Below, piece by piece: positions 49,952 to 61,718 of a DNA stretch of 64,000 bases. A program made the translations under genes and the position numbers. The stretch is from assembly GCA_965228895.1 (NCBI GenBank), contig OZ245842.1, positions 1,760,001 through 1,824,000 of the forward strand, written 5' to 3'. The notes below the pieces were generated by a model. That model saw nothing but the letters and a program-made list of their open reading frames with translations. It did no database searches and was not told where the DNA came from. This stretch comes from Alphaproteobacteria bacterium (lineage in GTDB: Bacteria > Pseudomonadota > Alphaproteobacteria > SP197). Within the stretch, counting starts at the first letter, position 1; each line of letters begins with the position of its first letter.

Positions 49952-51064
49952 TTAGAAACCGGCGGTGACTTCCGCCCAGTCCCGTTCGATGGCTTCGTTC
50001 TGTGCGGGGTCGACCATCAGCACGAAGACGCCGCGGTCGAGCATGCCCATCACATCACGCGATAGACCACGCGCTGCCAGCTCTTCGTCGCTGAACAGTT
50101 CATAGGTCTTGACGTTCGAATGGCCATAGCCGTATTCGCCGGTGATGAATTCGCCGGCGCTGGGATCGAGCATGGCGTCGATCAGGTCGTGCGCCTTGTC
50201 GTAGTGCGGCGCGCCTTCGGCCAGAACCAGACCACAGACCCATGTCAACGCGCCTTCCTTCACATCGGCGAACCTGACCGGGATCTCCTGGGCGGACAGC
50301 TCCCACGGCGTACCGTTCCAGGTCATCGCGGCAACCACCTCGCCGGAAGCCAGCATTTGCTGCACGCTGGTCATGTCGCTGGTGTAGTTGCGCAAGAGCG
50401 GACGCTGCTGGCGTAGCAGCTCCATGACCTTGGCGCGGCCTTCGTCGGTTATGTTGTCCATGTCGATACCGGCATAAATGGCGGCACAAAACCAAGCATC
50501 CTCGGCCGCGTCCAGCATGGTCAGCTTGCCGGCATATTGCTCATCCCAAAGGATGCCCCAGCTTTCCTCTTCGACCTCGACCAGGTCGGTCCGGTAGGTG
50601 ATGGATGTCTGACCCCATTCGCACGGTGCGAAATAGTTGTCACCGTCGACGATGCTGCCCTCCAAGTTGGTCAGGGCAGGCACCATATCGGGCCAGTTCG
50701 ACAGGCGGGACGTGTCGATCGGCTGCAACAGGCCGGCGTCACGCCAGCGTACGATCGTGCTGCCCGCGCAGGGGTGGGTGACGTCGACCTGGAAACCCGA
50801 CCGCATCTTGGCGAAGGTCTCGGCATTGTCGCCGAACAGCGGTGTTTCCGGTTCTGCGCCATGCATTTCAACGTATTTCGGCCAGATCTCGGGAATGTCG
50901 TAGCCGGCCCAGGTGAAGTAGATGACCTCGCCATCCGCATCGGCCTTAGCGCCGGTTACGGGTGCGGCGACGGTCAGGATACCGGCGGCTGCCATGGCCT
51001 TGTTGAGGTCGCGCCGGTTTATGGCGCGGTCGCGAACCCGCGCAATAACATCATCAATGTGCAT
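49952..51064 (-). CDS. Polyamine (PotD/PotF-like) ABC substrate-binding protein with Tat-like signal
   Basis: NRRDLNK twin-Arg, FTWAGY, LLQPIDTSRLSNW, WGQTSITY, GEVVAAMTWNG and KEGALTW. Confidence 0.88.
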   Translation of the reverse strand: MHIDDVIARVRDRAINRRDLNKAMAAAGILTVAAPVTGAKADADGEVIYFTWAGYDIPEIWPKYVEMHGAEPETPLFGDNAETFAKMRSGFQVDVTHPCAGSTIVRWRDAGLLQPIDTSRLSNWPDMVPALTNLEGSIVDGDNYFAPCEWGQTSITYRTDLVEVEEESWGILWDEQYAGKLTMLDAAEDAWFCAAIYAGIDMDNITDEGRAKVMELLRQQRPLLRNYTSDMTSVQQMLASGEVVAAMTWNGTPWELSAQEIPVRFADVKEGALTWVCGLVLAEGAPHYDKAHDLIDAMLDPSAGEFITGEYGYGHSNVKTYELFSDEELAARGLSRDVMGMLDRGVFVLMVDPAQNEAIERDWAEVTAGF

Positions 51065-51214
51065 GAAGGGTCTCCCAGATTTCTACGCTGTAGATTTAGG
51101 GAGACTAACATGGTCGTCGCGAATTGCACCAATCACTTCGATTTGGCCCGAATTTGCCTAGTTTGCGCCCGATTGGGGCCAATCTTGTGCTGATTTGGGT
51201 GAGATCGGGTGCGT

Positions 51215-52642
51215 TTACACCGTCACCCCATCGCCAAATCGGACGATCCGTTCGATCGTCCCGGCCAGATCGTCGTCCGTCGTGCGCGGGTTGATGGTGC
51301 AAAAGCGCAGGCAGGTGCGCCCGCCCAGCTCCGTTGACGTCACAAAGGCGTAGCCGTCCTCCAGCAGGGCATCGACGATGCGCCGGTGCACCCGGTCGAG
51401 CGTGGTGTCGTCCAGGCCATCGCGCAGGAAACGGAACGTCACGACGCCGATGGTGGCGGGCGTCACGATCTCGAAGCGGCCGCTTTCTTCCAGCATGGCC
51501 TGGGCGCGTTCGGCGATCTCGATGCCGCGTTCGACGGCGGCGCGGAAGGCTTCGGCGCCGAAGACCTTGAGCGACAGCCACAGCTTAAAGGCGCGCAGGC
51601 CGCGTGATAGTTGGACACTCCGTTCGGAGAAGTTCACCTCCTGCTCACCTGCGGCAACGTCCTGCAGGTATTCCGGGCTGCTTGCAAAGGTGCGGTCCAG
51701 AAGGCCTGGATGCCTGACGAACACGACACCCGCTTCGTATGGCTGGAACAGCCATTTGTGTGGGTCGATGACGACGCTGTCGGCGCGTTCCATGCCGGCG
51801 AGCAGGGCGCGTCCTTGGGGAACCAGGCTCGCCGCACCGCCATAGGCACCGTCGACATGCAGCCACATGTCATGCTGTGCCGCTAGATCAGCCAATTCAT
51901 TCAGCGGGTCGACGGCGCCGGTGTTGGTCGTGCCCGCGTTGCCGACCATGCAGAATGGACGGCGTCCGGCCGCCAGGTCGTCGTCAATTGCCGCCTTGAG
52001 CGCGGCCATGTCGATGCGGAAGTCGCCGTCGATGGCGATCGGGCGAAGCTGATCGCGGCGAAAACCCAGAATACGAAACCCGCGGGCGACCGAGCTGTGG
52101 GTCTGGCTGGCGCAATAGGCGACAGCGTTGTCCATGGCTTCGCCCAGTTTGGCCTCGCGTGCCGCGGCGATGCCGGTCAGATTGGCGACAGAACCGCCGC
52201 TGACGAAGATGCCTTCACAGTCGTCCGCCAGGCCGCACAGCTCCTTCAGCCACTCCAGCGTGGTCAACTCCAGCTCTGCCGGTCCCGGCGTCTCGCGCCA
52301 CAGGCTGGCGGCCGTGTTGTAGCCGGAGGTCATGATGTCGGCCATGGCGCCGACGAAATTCGACGGACCGGGCACGAAGGCGAGGAACCGGGGATGGGCA
52401 ATCTGGCCCATCGTCTCGAACACGTTGTCACGCGCGAAATCCAGAGCGTCTTGCCAATCGCCGGCGGCTTCCGGAAGGGGCTCGCGCAAGGTGGGACGCA
52501 GGTCCTCCAGCTCGACATGCACGGCGGCCGGTTTCTGCGGCAAATTGGTCCAGTGTTCGACCACCATGTCGACGGCGCGGTAGCCGAGCGCGCGCATCTC
52601 TTCCGGCGTCAGCTCCAGCCGTGCGGGATCGTTGGCCGTCAT
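51215..52642 (-). CDS. Group II PLP-dependent (aromatic) amino acid decarboxylase
   Basis: Start MTANDP at 52642 (ATGA overlap); HPRFLAFVPG, SGGSVAN, AGTTNTGAVDPL, WLHVDGAYG and DPHKWLFQP. Confidence 0.92.
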   Translation of the reverse strand: MTANDPARLELTPEEMRALGYRAVDMVVEHWTNLPQKPAAVHVELEDLRPTLREPLPEAAGDWQDALDFARDNVFETMGQIAHPRFLAFVPGPSNFVGAMADIMTSGYNTAASLWRETPGPAELELTTLEWLKELCGLADDCEGIFVSGGSVANLTGIAAAREAKLGEAMDNAVAYCASQTHSSVARGFRILGFRRDQLRPIAIDGDFRIDMAALKAAIDDDLAAGRRPFCMVGNAGTTNTGAVDPLNELADLAAQHDMWLHVDGAYGGAASLVPQGRALLAGMERADSVVIDPHKWLFQPYEAGVVFVRHPGLLDRTFASSPEYLQDVAAGEQEVNFSERSVQLSRGLRAFKLWLSLKVFGAEAFRAAVERGIEIAERAQAMLEESGRFEIVTPATIGVVTFRFLRDGLDDTTLDRVHRRIVDALLEDGYAFVTSTELGGRTCLRFCTINPRTTDDDLAGTIERIVRFGDGVTV

Positions 52643-53877
52643 GGCATGATCGCGTCGAGCGCCTTCACCAGACGGTCGACTTCGTCGACGGTGTTGTAAT
52701 GGACCATCGAACAACGCACGACGCCGTCGGCCGGATCGATGCCGATCGCTTGCAGGACACGCGGCGCGTAGAAGTCGCCGGCGCCGCAGGCGATGCCATG
52801 GGCGTCGAGCCGTTTGGCGACTTCCTGTGACGACAGACCGTCGACGGTGAATGAGAAGGTCGGCGCACGACGCGCATGGTCGGCGGTCGCACGGCCAATC
52901 ACGTCCAGCTTGGGATGGGCGAGCGCGTAGTCCAGGAAACGGTTGGCGAGCGCTTCTTCCTGTTTCGCGAAGAGGCCATAGACCTGGCGCATGCGGCCAT
53001 GGAAGTCGTTGGCCGGTTCGTCGATGTGGTGCGCGGCCACCGCTTCGATGTAATCGGCGATGCCGACGGACCCGGCGGTCAGCTCATGGTTCGGCGCGCC
53101 CGGATTGAGCTTGAGCGGAATGTCGTCTTCGCCGTGAAAGAAGAAGTACTGGCCCTTGGCGTTCAGGAAATGCTCGCGCTTGCCGTACATGACGCCGAGA
53201 TGGGGACCGTAAAGCTTGTAGAGGCTCAAGAGATAGAAATCGACATCCAGCGCTTTGACGTCGATGCTGGCGTGTGCGGCATAGGCAACGCCGTCGACAC
53301 ACACCATGCCGCCGACACCGTGCACGAGGTCGGCGATTTGTCGCACTGGATTGACGCCGCCGGCGATGTTCGAACAGTGAGAGAAACAGACCAGCCGCGT
53401 CTTCTCGCTCAACATCGCCTCGAGGCTCTCGACTTCAAGTTCGGCCGTCGTTGGGTTGACCTGCCACTCGCGGATGGTGACCCCGAACTCCTCCAGACGC
53501 CGCCAATGACCGTTGTTGGCTTCATGATCCAGGTTGGTGACGATCAACTCATCGCCCGGCTTGAACCAGCCACGGATGGCCGCCGCCAACGTGATCACGT
53601 TGCGGGTTGTTGACGGCCCGATGACCACCTCATCCAGTTCGGCGTTGATCATGCCGCAGACGGCTTTGTGGCCGGCTTCCATGCGTTCGGTCGCATCCTG
53701 TGACGCGCGGTAACCGGCCGCCGGCTGGACCTGGCATTCGGTCATGTAGCTGTGCACGCGATCGATCACGGTGCGTGGCACCAGGCTGCCACCGGCGTTC
53801 TCCATGAACGCCCAGCTATCGTTCAGCGCGGGAAAGAAGGAGCGGACGAAATCGAGGTCAAGCGGCCGGTCGGCCAT
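52639..53877 (-). CDS. Class V aminotransferase/cysteine-desulfurase-like protein
   Basis: FMENAGGS, DHEAN, SNIAG, VDGVAYA, SLYKLYGPHLG and SMVHYNT; lacks the desulfurase GxxC persulfide motif (GDFYA instead). Confidence 0.88.
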   Translation of the reverse strand: MADRPLDLDFVRSFFPALNDSWAFMENAGGSLVPRTVIDRVHSYMTECQVQPAAGYRASQDATERMEAGHKAVCGMINAELDEVVIGPSTTRNVITLAAAIRGWFKPGDELIVTNLDHEANNGHWRRLEEFGVTIREWQVNPTTAELEVESLEAMLSEKTRLVCFSHCSNIAGGVNPVRQIADLVHGVGGMVCVDGVAYAAHASIDVKALDVDFYLLSLYKLYGPHLGVMYGKREHFLNAKGQYFFFHGEDDIPLKLNPGAPNHELTAGSVGIADYIEAVAAHHIDEPANDFHGRMRQVYGLFAKQEEALANRFLDYALAHPKLDVIGRATADHARRAPTFSFTVDGLSSQEVAKRLDAHGIACGAGDFYAPRVLQAIGIDPADGVVRCSMVHYNTVDEVDRLVKALDAIMP

Positions 53878-53992
53878 GGCGATCCCCTGTCGAAGATGTC
53901 GAGGTGAGACCGCCGTTGTAGAGGGTTAAAACGCCCCGTCAATTGGGGATATGCAATCTATGCTTTGGCGATTTTGAGGGTGCGTGGGCGGG

Positions 53993-54025
53993 GTGATGGC
54001 CGTGGCACGACGCCACGGCCATCAC
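53993..54025. terminator. Strong hairpin downstream of the VOC gene
   Basis: GTGATGGCCGTGGC-acgac-GCCACGGCCATCAC, a 14-bp perfect stem. Confidence 0.6.
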
Positions 54026-54041
54026 GCAGAAAGGGGTCTTT

Positions 54042-54509
54042 CTATTGACCGCTGCTGAACGCTGCCTTGGCGGCTGCGCCGACCTCTTCGGGTGTCAGAT
54101 CCTTGACGTGGGTCGCCACGGCCCAGACATGCCCGAACGGGTCTTCCAGGCGGCCGTAGCGATCGCCCCAGAACATTTCGCTCACAGGCATGGTGACGGT
54201 GGCACCCGCACCTTCAGCTCGTTTTGCCCAGGCATCGGCGTCGTCGACATAGAGGTGGATAGCGACGGATGTTCCGCCACGTGCCTTCGGACCTTCCGAT
54301 CCCATCTCGGGCATGGCGTCGGCGACGAAGACCTCCGAATCGCCGATGGTGAGCGCTGCATGCATGACCTTGCTGCCGTCCGGTGAAGGCATGCGGAACA
54401 GTTCGTTGGCACCGAACGCTTTCTTGTAGAAGTCGATGGCGTCACTCGCGCCTTCGATGACCAGATGCGGGGTGACCGTGCGCGCGCCCGGCGGAATGGG
54501 GTTGACCAT
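54042..54509 (-). CDS. VOC family (PhnB-like) protein
   Basis: VTPHL, AIDFYKKAFGA, VMHAALTIG and MFWGDRYGRLEDPFGHVW; GGAGGAGG RBS. Confidence 0.9.
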   Translation of the reverse strand: MVNPIPPGARTVTPHLVIEGASDAIDFYKKAFGANELFRMPSPDGSKVMHAALTIGDSEVFVADAMPEMGSEGPKARGGTSVAIHLYVDDADAWAKRAEGAGATVTMPVSEMFWGDRYGRLEDPFGHVWAVATHVKDLTPEEVGAAAKAAFSSGQ

Positions 54510-54718
54510 GATGTTTTCCTCCTCCGATTGGGGATGAGAACATTAAAGGAACATCGAGGAAGGACAACCGTCTGTCCGCTGCCTGGTCATCACATGTGTG
54601 TGAGAGACGTCGCGTCGCCCGGCAGGTGGGCTGGCCGATAGGCTGCTTGATTTTTCTGGTCGGAGGCGCCCAATCTTCCAAGCATCAGCCACAAGCCGTT
54701 CGGGGGACGCGCGGCGAC

Positions 54719-56392
54719 ATGCCTAGTGAGGTCACCGAAGTCGACGTCGCCGTCGTCGGATCCGGTGCCGCCGGTCTTTGCGCGGCACTGTCGGCCGCCG
54801 TGCGCGGCGCCGATGTGGTGATCCTCGAAAAGAGCGAGGTCTTGGGCGGGACCAGCGCCATGTCCGGAGCCGGCACGTGGATACCTTGCAATCGGCTCGC
54901 TCGGGAGGCGGGCATCGACGACAGTCCCGACGACGCCATGCGGTATCTGCGCGCGGCGTCGCCGGAAGGCTGGGCCGTGACAGATGAGCCGCTGTGGCAG
55001 AGTTTTGTCGACCACGCGGCCACCATGATCGACTTTCTCGAAGCCCATTCGAAACTTCGGTTCCAACTCGTCGATGAGCCCGACCCCATGGCCGAGCTCG
55101 ACGGCGGAAAGACTGGCGGCCGCCAGTTGACACCAAGCCTGCTCAACCGCCGCATCGCCGGTCGCCACGCACGCCTGATCCGCCGTTCGACCCTGCCGCA
55201 GTGCCTGACCTATAACGAAGCCAAGAAGTATCGGGTTTATGAACAGCCCATTCGGGCCGCCCTGACCATTGGCCCGCGATGGCTCTACCGCACGGCCATC
55301 GGGCGGGTTGGGTGCGGCCAGGCGCTGGTCGCCGGACTGATCGATGCTTGCCACGCGCACGGCTGCCGGATCGTGGCTGGCGCGCGCGTCGAGGCACTGT
55401 TGCAAGATCCCGATACCGGCCGTGTCGAGGGCCTGCGTTTCGGATCACCCGGCGGCAGCACGACCGTGCGCGTTCGCCAGGGCGTGGTGCTGGCAACCGG
55501 TGGTTTCGAATGGGACAGCGCTATGCTGGCGCGCCACTTTGCCGGACCCGTCGACCGGTTGGGCAGCCCCAGCACCAACACGGGCGACGGCCAGAAGTTG
55601 GCGGCCGACGCCGGCGCGTCGATGGAGCGCATGGATCAGGCCAACATTTATGCGACGCTTCCAACCAGGTATGAAGGCCTGGCTTACGGCATGCCCGCGA
55701 TGTTCCATGCTTCGCCGCACTGCATCGCCGTTGATCGCAACGGCCAACGGTTTGTCAGTGAGTACGATTACAACATTGGCGAGGCACTGGACCGCCGCGA
55801 TCCAGCGACGGGCGAGCCGCTTCATCTGCCGGTTTGGTTGATCGGTGACCGGCGCTTTCTGAACCATTCACTTCTGTTTCGCTACAAGGCGCGCCAGGAG
55901 GAGGGGTTTCTGGTCCGCGCGCCCTCGCTGGCGGAACTGGCGGCGTCGATCGATGTACCGGCAGATACGCTCGCCAAGAGCGTTGACCGTTACAACGGGT
56001 TCGCCGCTGCCGGCTGCGATGCCGACTTCCGGCGTGGTGAGAGCGTGTGGGAGCGCTACATGGCCGGTCACGGCGAAGGGTCCGGCAACCCGTCGCTCGG
56101 CGCCATCGACAGACCGCCATTCGTCGCCTGCCGTTTCAACCGTTCGATCCTGGGCACCAAGGGTGGCGCGCGTACCAACGCGGCGGGCCAGGTGGTACGT
56201 CCGGACGGCGGCGTCATCGGCGGTCTCTATTGCGCCGGCAACGCCATGGCCAACCCGTTCGGCACGCGCGCGGTCGGCAGCGGCACGACAATCGGCCCAT
56301 GCCTGACCTGGGGCTACATCTGCGGCCTCAACATCATGCGCGAGAACACCAGAACGGTCGGCGCCGAAGGTGCCAGCGCAGCGCTTTCATAG
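54719..56392 (+). CDS. FAD-dependent oxidoreductase (KstD/flavocytochrome c FAD_binding_2 family)
   Basis: DVAVVGSGAAG, GGTSAMSG, GVVLATGGFE, NTGDG, GTKGG and GLYCAGN; ATG at 54719. Confidence 0.88.
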   Translation: MPSEVTEVDVAVVGSGAAGLCAALSAAVRGADVVILEKSEVLGGTSAMSGAGTWIPCNRLAREAGIDDSPDDAMRYLRAASPEGWAVTDEPLWQSFVDHAATMIDFLEAHSKLRFQLVDEPDPMAELDGGKTGGRQLTPSLLNRRIAGRHARLIRRSTLPQCLTYNEAKKYRVYEQPIRAALTIGPRWLYRTAIGRVGCGQALVAGLIDACHAHGCRIVAGARVEALLQDPDTGRVEGLRFGSPGGSTTVRVRQGVVLATGGFEWDSAMLARHFAGPVDRLGSPSTNTGDGQKLAADAGASMERMDQANIYATLPTRYEGLAYGMPAMFHASPHCIAVDRNGQRFVSEYDYNIGEALDRRDPATGEPLHLPVWLIGDRRFLNHSLLFRYKARQEEGFLVRAPSLAELAASIDVPADTLAKSVDRYNGFAAAGCDADFRRGESVWERYMAGHGEGSGNPSLGAIDRPPFVACRFNRSILGTKGGARTNAAGQVVRPDGGVIGGLYCAGNAMANPFGTRAVGSGTTIGPCLTWGYICGLNIMRENTRTVGAEGASAALS

Positions 56393-56460
56393 CGCACCGG
56401 AAGCTCGTAGGCTTGGGCCATGGGTCAACCGCTGAAGGCGTGATGATGGTGGGCGAGGGC

Positions 56461-57378
56461 ATGGATATCAGGCGGCTCGATGCACCCTTCGGGGCTGCCG
56501 TCCACGGCCTTGATCTGAATCGTACGCCGGACGATCCCGACATCATCGACGCGCTGGTCGACGCCCTCCACGAAAATCGCATGCTGGTGATCAAGGGGCA
56601 GCATCTCGACGTCGAGAACTATGTGACGTTCGGCCGTCAAATGGGCGAGCCGATCATCCACGTGGTCAAGGCCATTCGCATGGAGTCCTGTCCCGAAGTC
56701 GCCGTCGTCGGCAATGTCGGGGAGCGCTCGAAGAGCGATCCCCTGCGCCTGGCGGCGTCCTTCTGGCATACGGATCAGGCGTATGAGGACGAGCCGGCCT
56801 CGGCAACCATGCTCTATTGTGTGGAGGCACCGAAGCAAGGCGGCCAAACCATGCTGACCGACACGATCGCCGCCTATGACGCGCTGGACGATCAGGTGAA
56901 GGAGCGCCTTGAGGGGCTCGTCGTGCGCCATTCCTACGGCGCGGCGAGTGGCCGCGACGGCGAATACGATGCGCGCGGCTCACTGACCGAAGAGCAGCGC
57001 AACAATGTCGTCCCGGTTTGTCATCCGTTGGTGTTGCGGCACCCGGCCACCGGGCGGCGGTCGCTCTACGCGGTCGCCGGTACGCCCGAAGGGATCGAGG
57101 GATTGCCGGATGATGAAGGTCAGGCGCTGCTCCGAGAGCTCAAGCAACATGTTCTGAAGCCCGACTTCCGGTATGACCACACCTACGAGGTCGGCGACCT
57201 CGCGATCTGGGATACCTTTGCGACGATGCATTCGGCCGTGCCCATCGCACATGCCAGCGCCGATCCGGCCAACACGCGCCTTCTATGGCGCATTTCGTGC
57301 CGCGGAGAGTCAGCGACAATGAAACGAAGAGCAGCTTCGCAATCCTGGCGACCTGATGTCGTGACCGCGAGCTCTTGA
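56461..57378 (+). CDS. TauD/TfdA family Fe(II)/2-oxoglutarate dioxygenase
   Basis: FGAAVHGLDL, WHTD, GGQT, HPLV-RHP-TGR and GDLAIWD...H...R facial-triad pattern. Confidence 0.9.
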   Translation: MDIRRLDAPFGAAVHGLDLNRTPDDPDIIDALVDALHENRMLVIKGQHLDVENYVTFGRQMGEPIIHVVKAIRMESCPEVAVVGNVGERSKSDPLRLAASFWHTDQAYEDEPASATMLYCVEAPKQGGQTMLTDTIAAYDALDDQVKERLEGLVVRHSYGAASGRDGEYDARGSLTEEQRNNVVPVCHPLVLRHPATGRRSLYAVAGTPEGIEGLPDDEGQALLRELKQHVLKPDFRYDHTYEVGDLAIWDTFATMHSAVPIAHASADPANTRLLWRISCRGESATMKRRAASQSWRPDVVTASS

Positions 57379-57403
57379 TTTCTAGCGCGCCGATCGCGCG
57401 CAA

Positions 57404-57536
57404 CCCCTCACCCCACCCCTCTCCCTCAAGGGGAGAGGGAGTCCCATCGCACATGATCGCAATCCCTCGCCCCTTGAGGGAGAGGGATGTGTAGGCTTAG
57501 GCGCGTTAGCGCCTTAGCCGAAGCTGGGTGAGGGGG
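57404..57536. repeat. REP-like palindromic doublet (CCCTCACCCC/CCCTCTCCC...GGGAGAGGG family)
   Basis: Unit CCCCTCACCCCACCCCTCTCCCTCAAGGGGAGAGGG plus an inverted unit ending GCCGAAGCTGGGTGAGGGGG; the same units occur at 60757-60921. Confidence 0.85.
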
Positions 57537-57544
57537 ATTTGGCG

Positions 57545-57889
57545 TCAGTCGAACGCATCGAGGTCGAGGCCCAGGTTCTCATTGAGCCACAGCGCGTTGT
57601 CGCGGTGGTCCTCGAGTTCGTTGCCGGTCTCCGGGTGAATAAAGATCGACAGGCCATGATGGTTCACCATCAGCCAGGGTACGACCTTGTCGAATTCGGC
57701 CGGTTCGAAAGCGACCTGGAACATCGGTTTGAGGTGCGGGCCGACAGGTTTATCCCAGACGCGTCCGAGCACGACGTCGAAACGTTTGCCCATCTCTTCG
57801 CGCATGGCGACGGCGACGTCGCGTGTCTCGGGATCGAAGTTGATGTGGGCGTGATAGCCGTGGATCACGCCGGCATCGACAGCATCCAT
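57545..57889 (-). CDS. DOPA 4,5-dioxygenase family protein
   Basis: GYHAHINF, PVGPH, MFQVAF, VVPWLMVNH and IHPETG...DH. Confidence 0.88.
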   Translation of the reverse strand: MDAVDAGVIHGYHAHINFDPETRDVAVAMREEMGKRFDVVLGRVWDKPVGPHLKPMFQVAFEPAEFDKVVPWLMVNHHGLSIFIHPETGNELEDHRDNALWLNENLGLDLDAFD

Positions 57890-57893
57890 TGGA

Positions 57894-58238
57894 TCAGGCT
57901 GCCGGGTCGACTTCGATGCCGCGGCTGTTCATCAACTCCATCAGCTCGCCGGACTCGAACATCTCGCGCATGATGTCGCTACCGCCGACAAACTCGCCCT
58001 TGATGTAGAGCTGCGGAATGGTCGGCCAGTCGCTGAACTCTTTGATGCCTTCGCGCACCGCCGGGTCTTCCAGGACGTTGACGCCTTTGAAGCGCACACC
58101 GAGGTGGCTCAGCATCTGAACCGACGCGGCGGAAAAACCGCACATCGGGAAAACGGGCGATCCCTTCATGAAGAGCACGACGGGATTGTTGGTGACTTCG
58201 GTGGTGATCCGTTGCCGGGTCATATCGTCAAGAGGCAT
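57894..58238 (-). CDS. grxD: Monothiol glutaredoxin Grx4
   Basis: LFMKG, CGFS and WPTIPQLYIKGEFVGGSDI; GGAGAAGAG RBS before ATG 58238. Confidence 0.96.
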   Translation of the reverse strand: MPLDDMTRQRITTEVTNNPVVLFMKGSPVFPMCGFSAASVQMLSHLGVRFKGVNVLEDPAVREGIKEFSDWPTIPQLYIKGEFVGGSDIMREMFESGELMELMNSRGIEVDPAA

Positions 58239-58272
58239 GATCTCTTCTCCGTTAAGCGTGGTGGCCGGGCGG

Positions 58273-58512
58273 TCAGCCGTCAGCCGGCGCTGCGGTTTGG
58301 AGCGCGAGCGCATGGAGCTCGTTGCCCATCTTACCCTTCAGCGCCTTGTAAACGAGTTGGTGCTGCTGGACGCGCGTCTTGCCGACAAAGGCGCCGGACA
58401 CGATCTTGGCCGCGTAGTGATCGCCGTCGCCTCGCAGATCGTCGATCTCGATCGAGGCATCGGGAAACGCCTCCTGGATCATCTGCTCGATTTCGGCGGC
58501 GCTCATGGCCAT
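58273..58512 (-). CDS. bolA: BolA family protein
   Basis: DLRGDGDHY, F-GKTRVQQHQLVY and LHALALQT; adjacent to grxD. Confidence 0.93.
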   Translation of the reverse strand: MAMSAAEIEQMIQEAFPDASIEIDDLRGDGDHYAAKIVSGAFVGKTRVQQHQLVYKALKGKMGNELHALALQTAAPADG

Positions 58513-58533
58513 CGCAATCTCCTCTGACTTGGT

Positions 58534-60741
<2,208 letters not shown>

Positions 60742-60756
60742 GACAACACCAGACTT

Positions 60757-60921
60757 CCCTCTCTCCTTGAGGGAGAGGGTTGCGCAGCCTTGGTCCGGAC
60801 GGTGTCCGCGCCTAGGCGAAGCTGGGTGAGGGGGCGTGGTGCCGTTGGCATGATCGCCCGTTCTTCGGCGCGCTTACACGCGCGACCCCTCACCCCGGCC
60901 CTCTCCCTCAAGGGGAGAGGG
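60757..60921. repeat. REP-like palindromic doublet inserted at the purQ/purL junction
   Basis: Same two units as 57404-57536 in reverse order; flanked by a 12-bp direct repeat GCTCATGACAAC (60736-60747 and 60939-60950). Confidence 0.85.
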
Positions 60922-60940
60922 AGGCTTGTGCGCTGACCGC

Positions 60941-61627
60941 TCATGACAACGCCCTGACCATGCCGGCGAACAGGTTGACGCCGTCCTGGGTCTTGTGGCG
61001 TGCGCAGGTCGCGTCTTCGGGATGCGGCATCATGCCCAGCACGTTGCCGGCTTCGTTGGTGATGCCGGCGATGTCACGGATCGAGCCGTTGGGGTTGGCG
61101 CGCTCCTTGGGTTCGTCGGGACTGGGAACGTAGCGAAAGGCGACCCGGCCTTCGCCTTCAAGCCGATCCAAGGTTTCGTCGTCGGCGAAGTAGTTGCCGT
61201 CGCCGTGCGCCACCGGCACACGGATGACATCGCCGGAGTCGTAGCCGTCGGTGAATGGCGCTGCCGCATTCTCGATCTTCAGCGAGACATCGCGGCAGAC
61301 GAAACTGACGCTGGCGTTCTTCAGGAGGCCGCCGGGAAGCAGGCCGGTTTCGATCAGCGTCTGGAAACCGTTGCAGACACCGAAGGTGGGCGTGCCGGCC
61401 TTCGCGCTCTTCACCACGTCCTTCATGATCGGCGAGTGAGCCGCCATGGCGCCGCATCGGAGATAATCGCCATAGGAGAAGCCGCCGGGCAGGACGATCA
61501 GGTCCGTCGTCGGCAAAGCGGCGTCGCCGTGCCAGACCATGGTGACCTCGGCGCCGGCACGGGTCAGCGCGTCGGACATGTCGAGTTCGCGGTTGGTGCC
61601 GGGGAAGACGACGAGGGCGGCTTTCAT
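60941..61627 (-). CDS. purQ: Phosphoribosylformylglycinamidine synthase glutaminase subunit PurQ
   Basis: [29 protein letters not shown] and GMMPHPE. Confidence 0.97.
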   Translation of the reverse strand: MKAALVVFPGTNRELDMSDALTRAGAEVTMVWHGDAALPTTDLIVLPGGFSYGDYLRCGAMAAHSPIMKDVVKSAKAGTPTFGVCNGFQTLIETGLLPGGLLKNASVSFVCRDVSLKIENAAAPFTDGYDSGDVIRVPVAHGDGNYFADDETLDRLEGEGRVAFRYVPSPDEPKERANPNGSIRDIAGITNEAGNVLGMMPHPEDATCARHKTQDGVNLFAGMVRALS

Positions 61628-61718
61628 GACGGTCTACCGGGCGCGGTCAGCGTATGGGCTGAACACAGTCGAAGGGTGGGGTGGAAGAGGGACCATGGCA
61701 GACATACTGCCTGGCCTG

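Noticed and set aside
51140-51185. Sigma54 promoter upstream of the PotD-like gene
   Set aside because: TTGGCCCGAATTTGC has GG-N9-GC spacing and is on the wrong strand; the minus-strand match is too weak.
57545-57889. Betalain or catecholamine pathway from the DOPA dioxygenase-like gene plus decarboxylases
   Set aside because: The gene sits behind bolA-grxD, the family is widespread, no tyrosinase is present, and the genes are not clustered.
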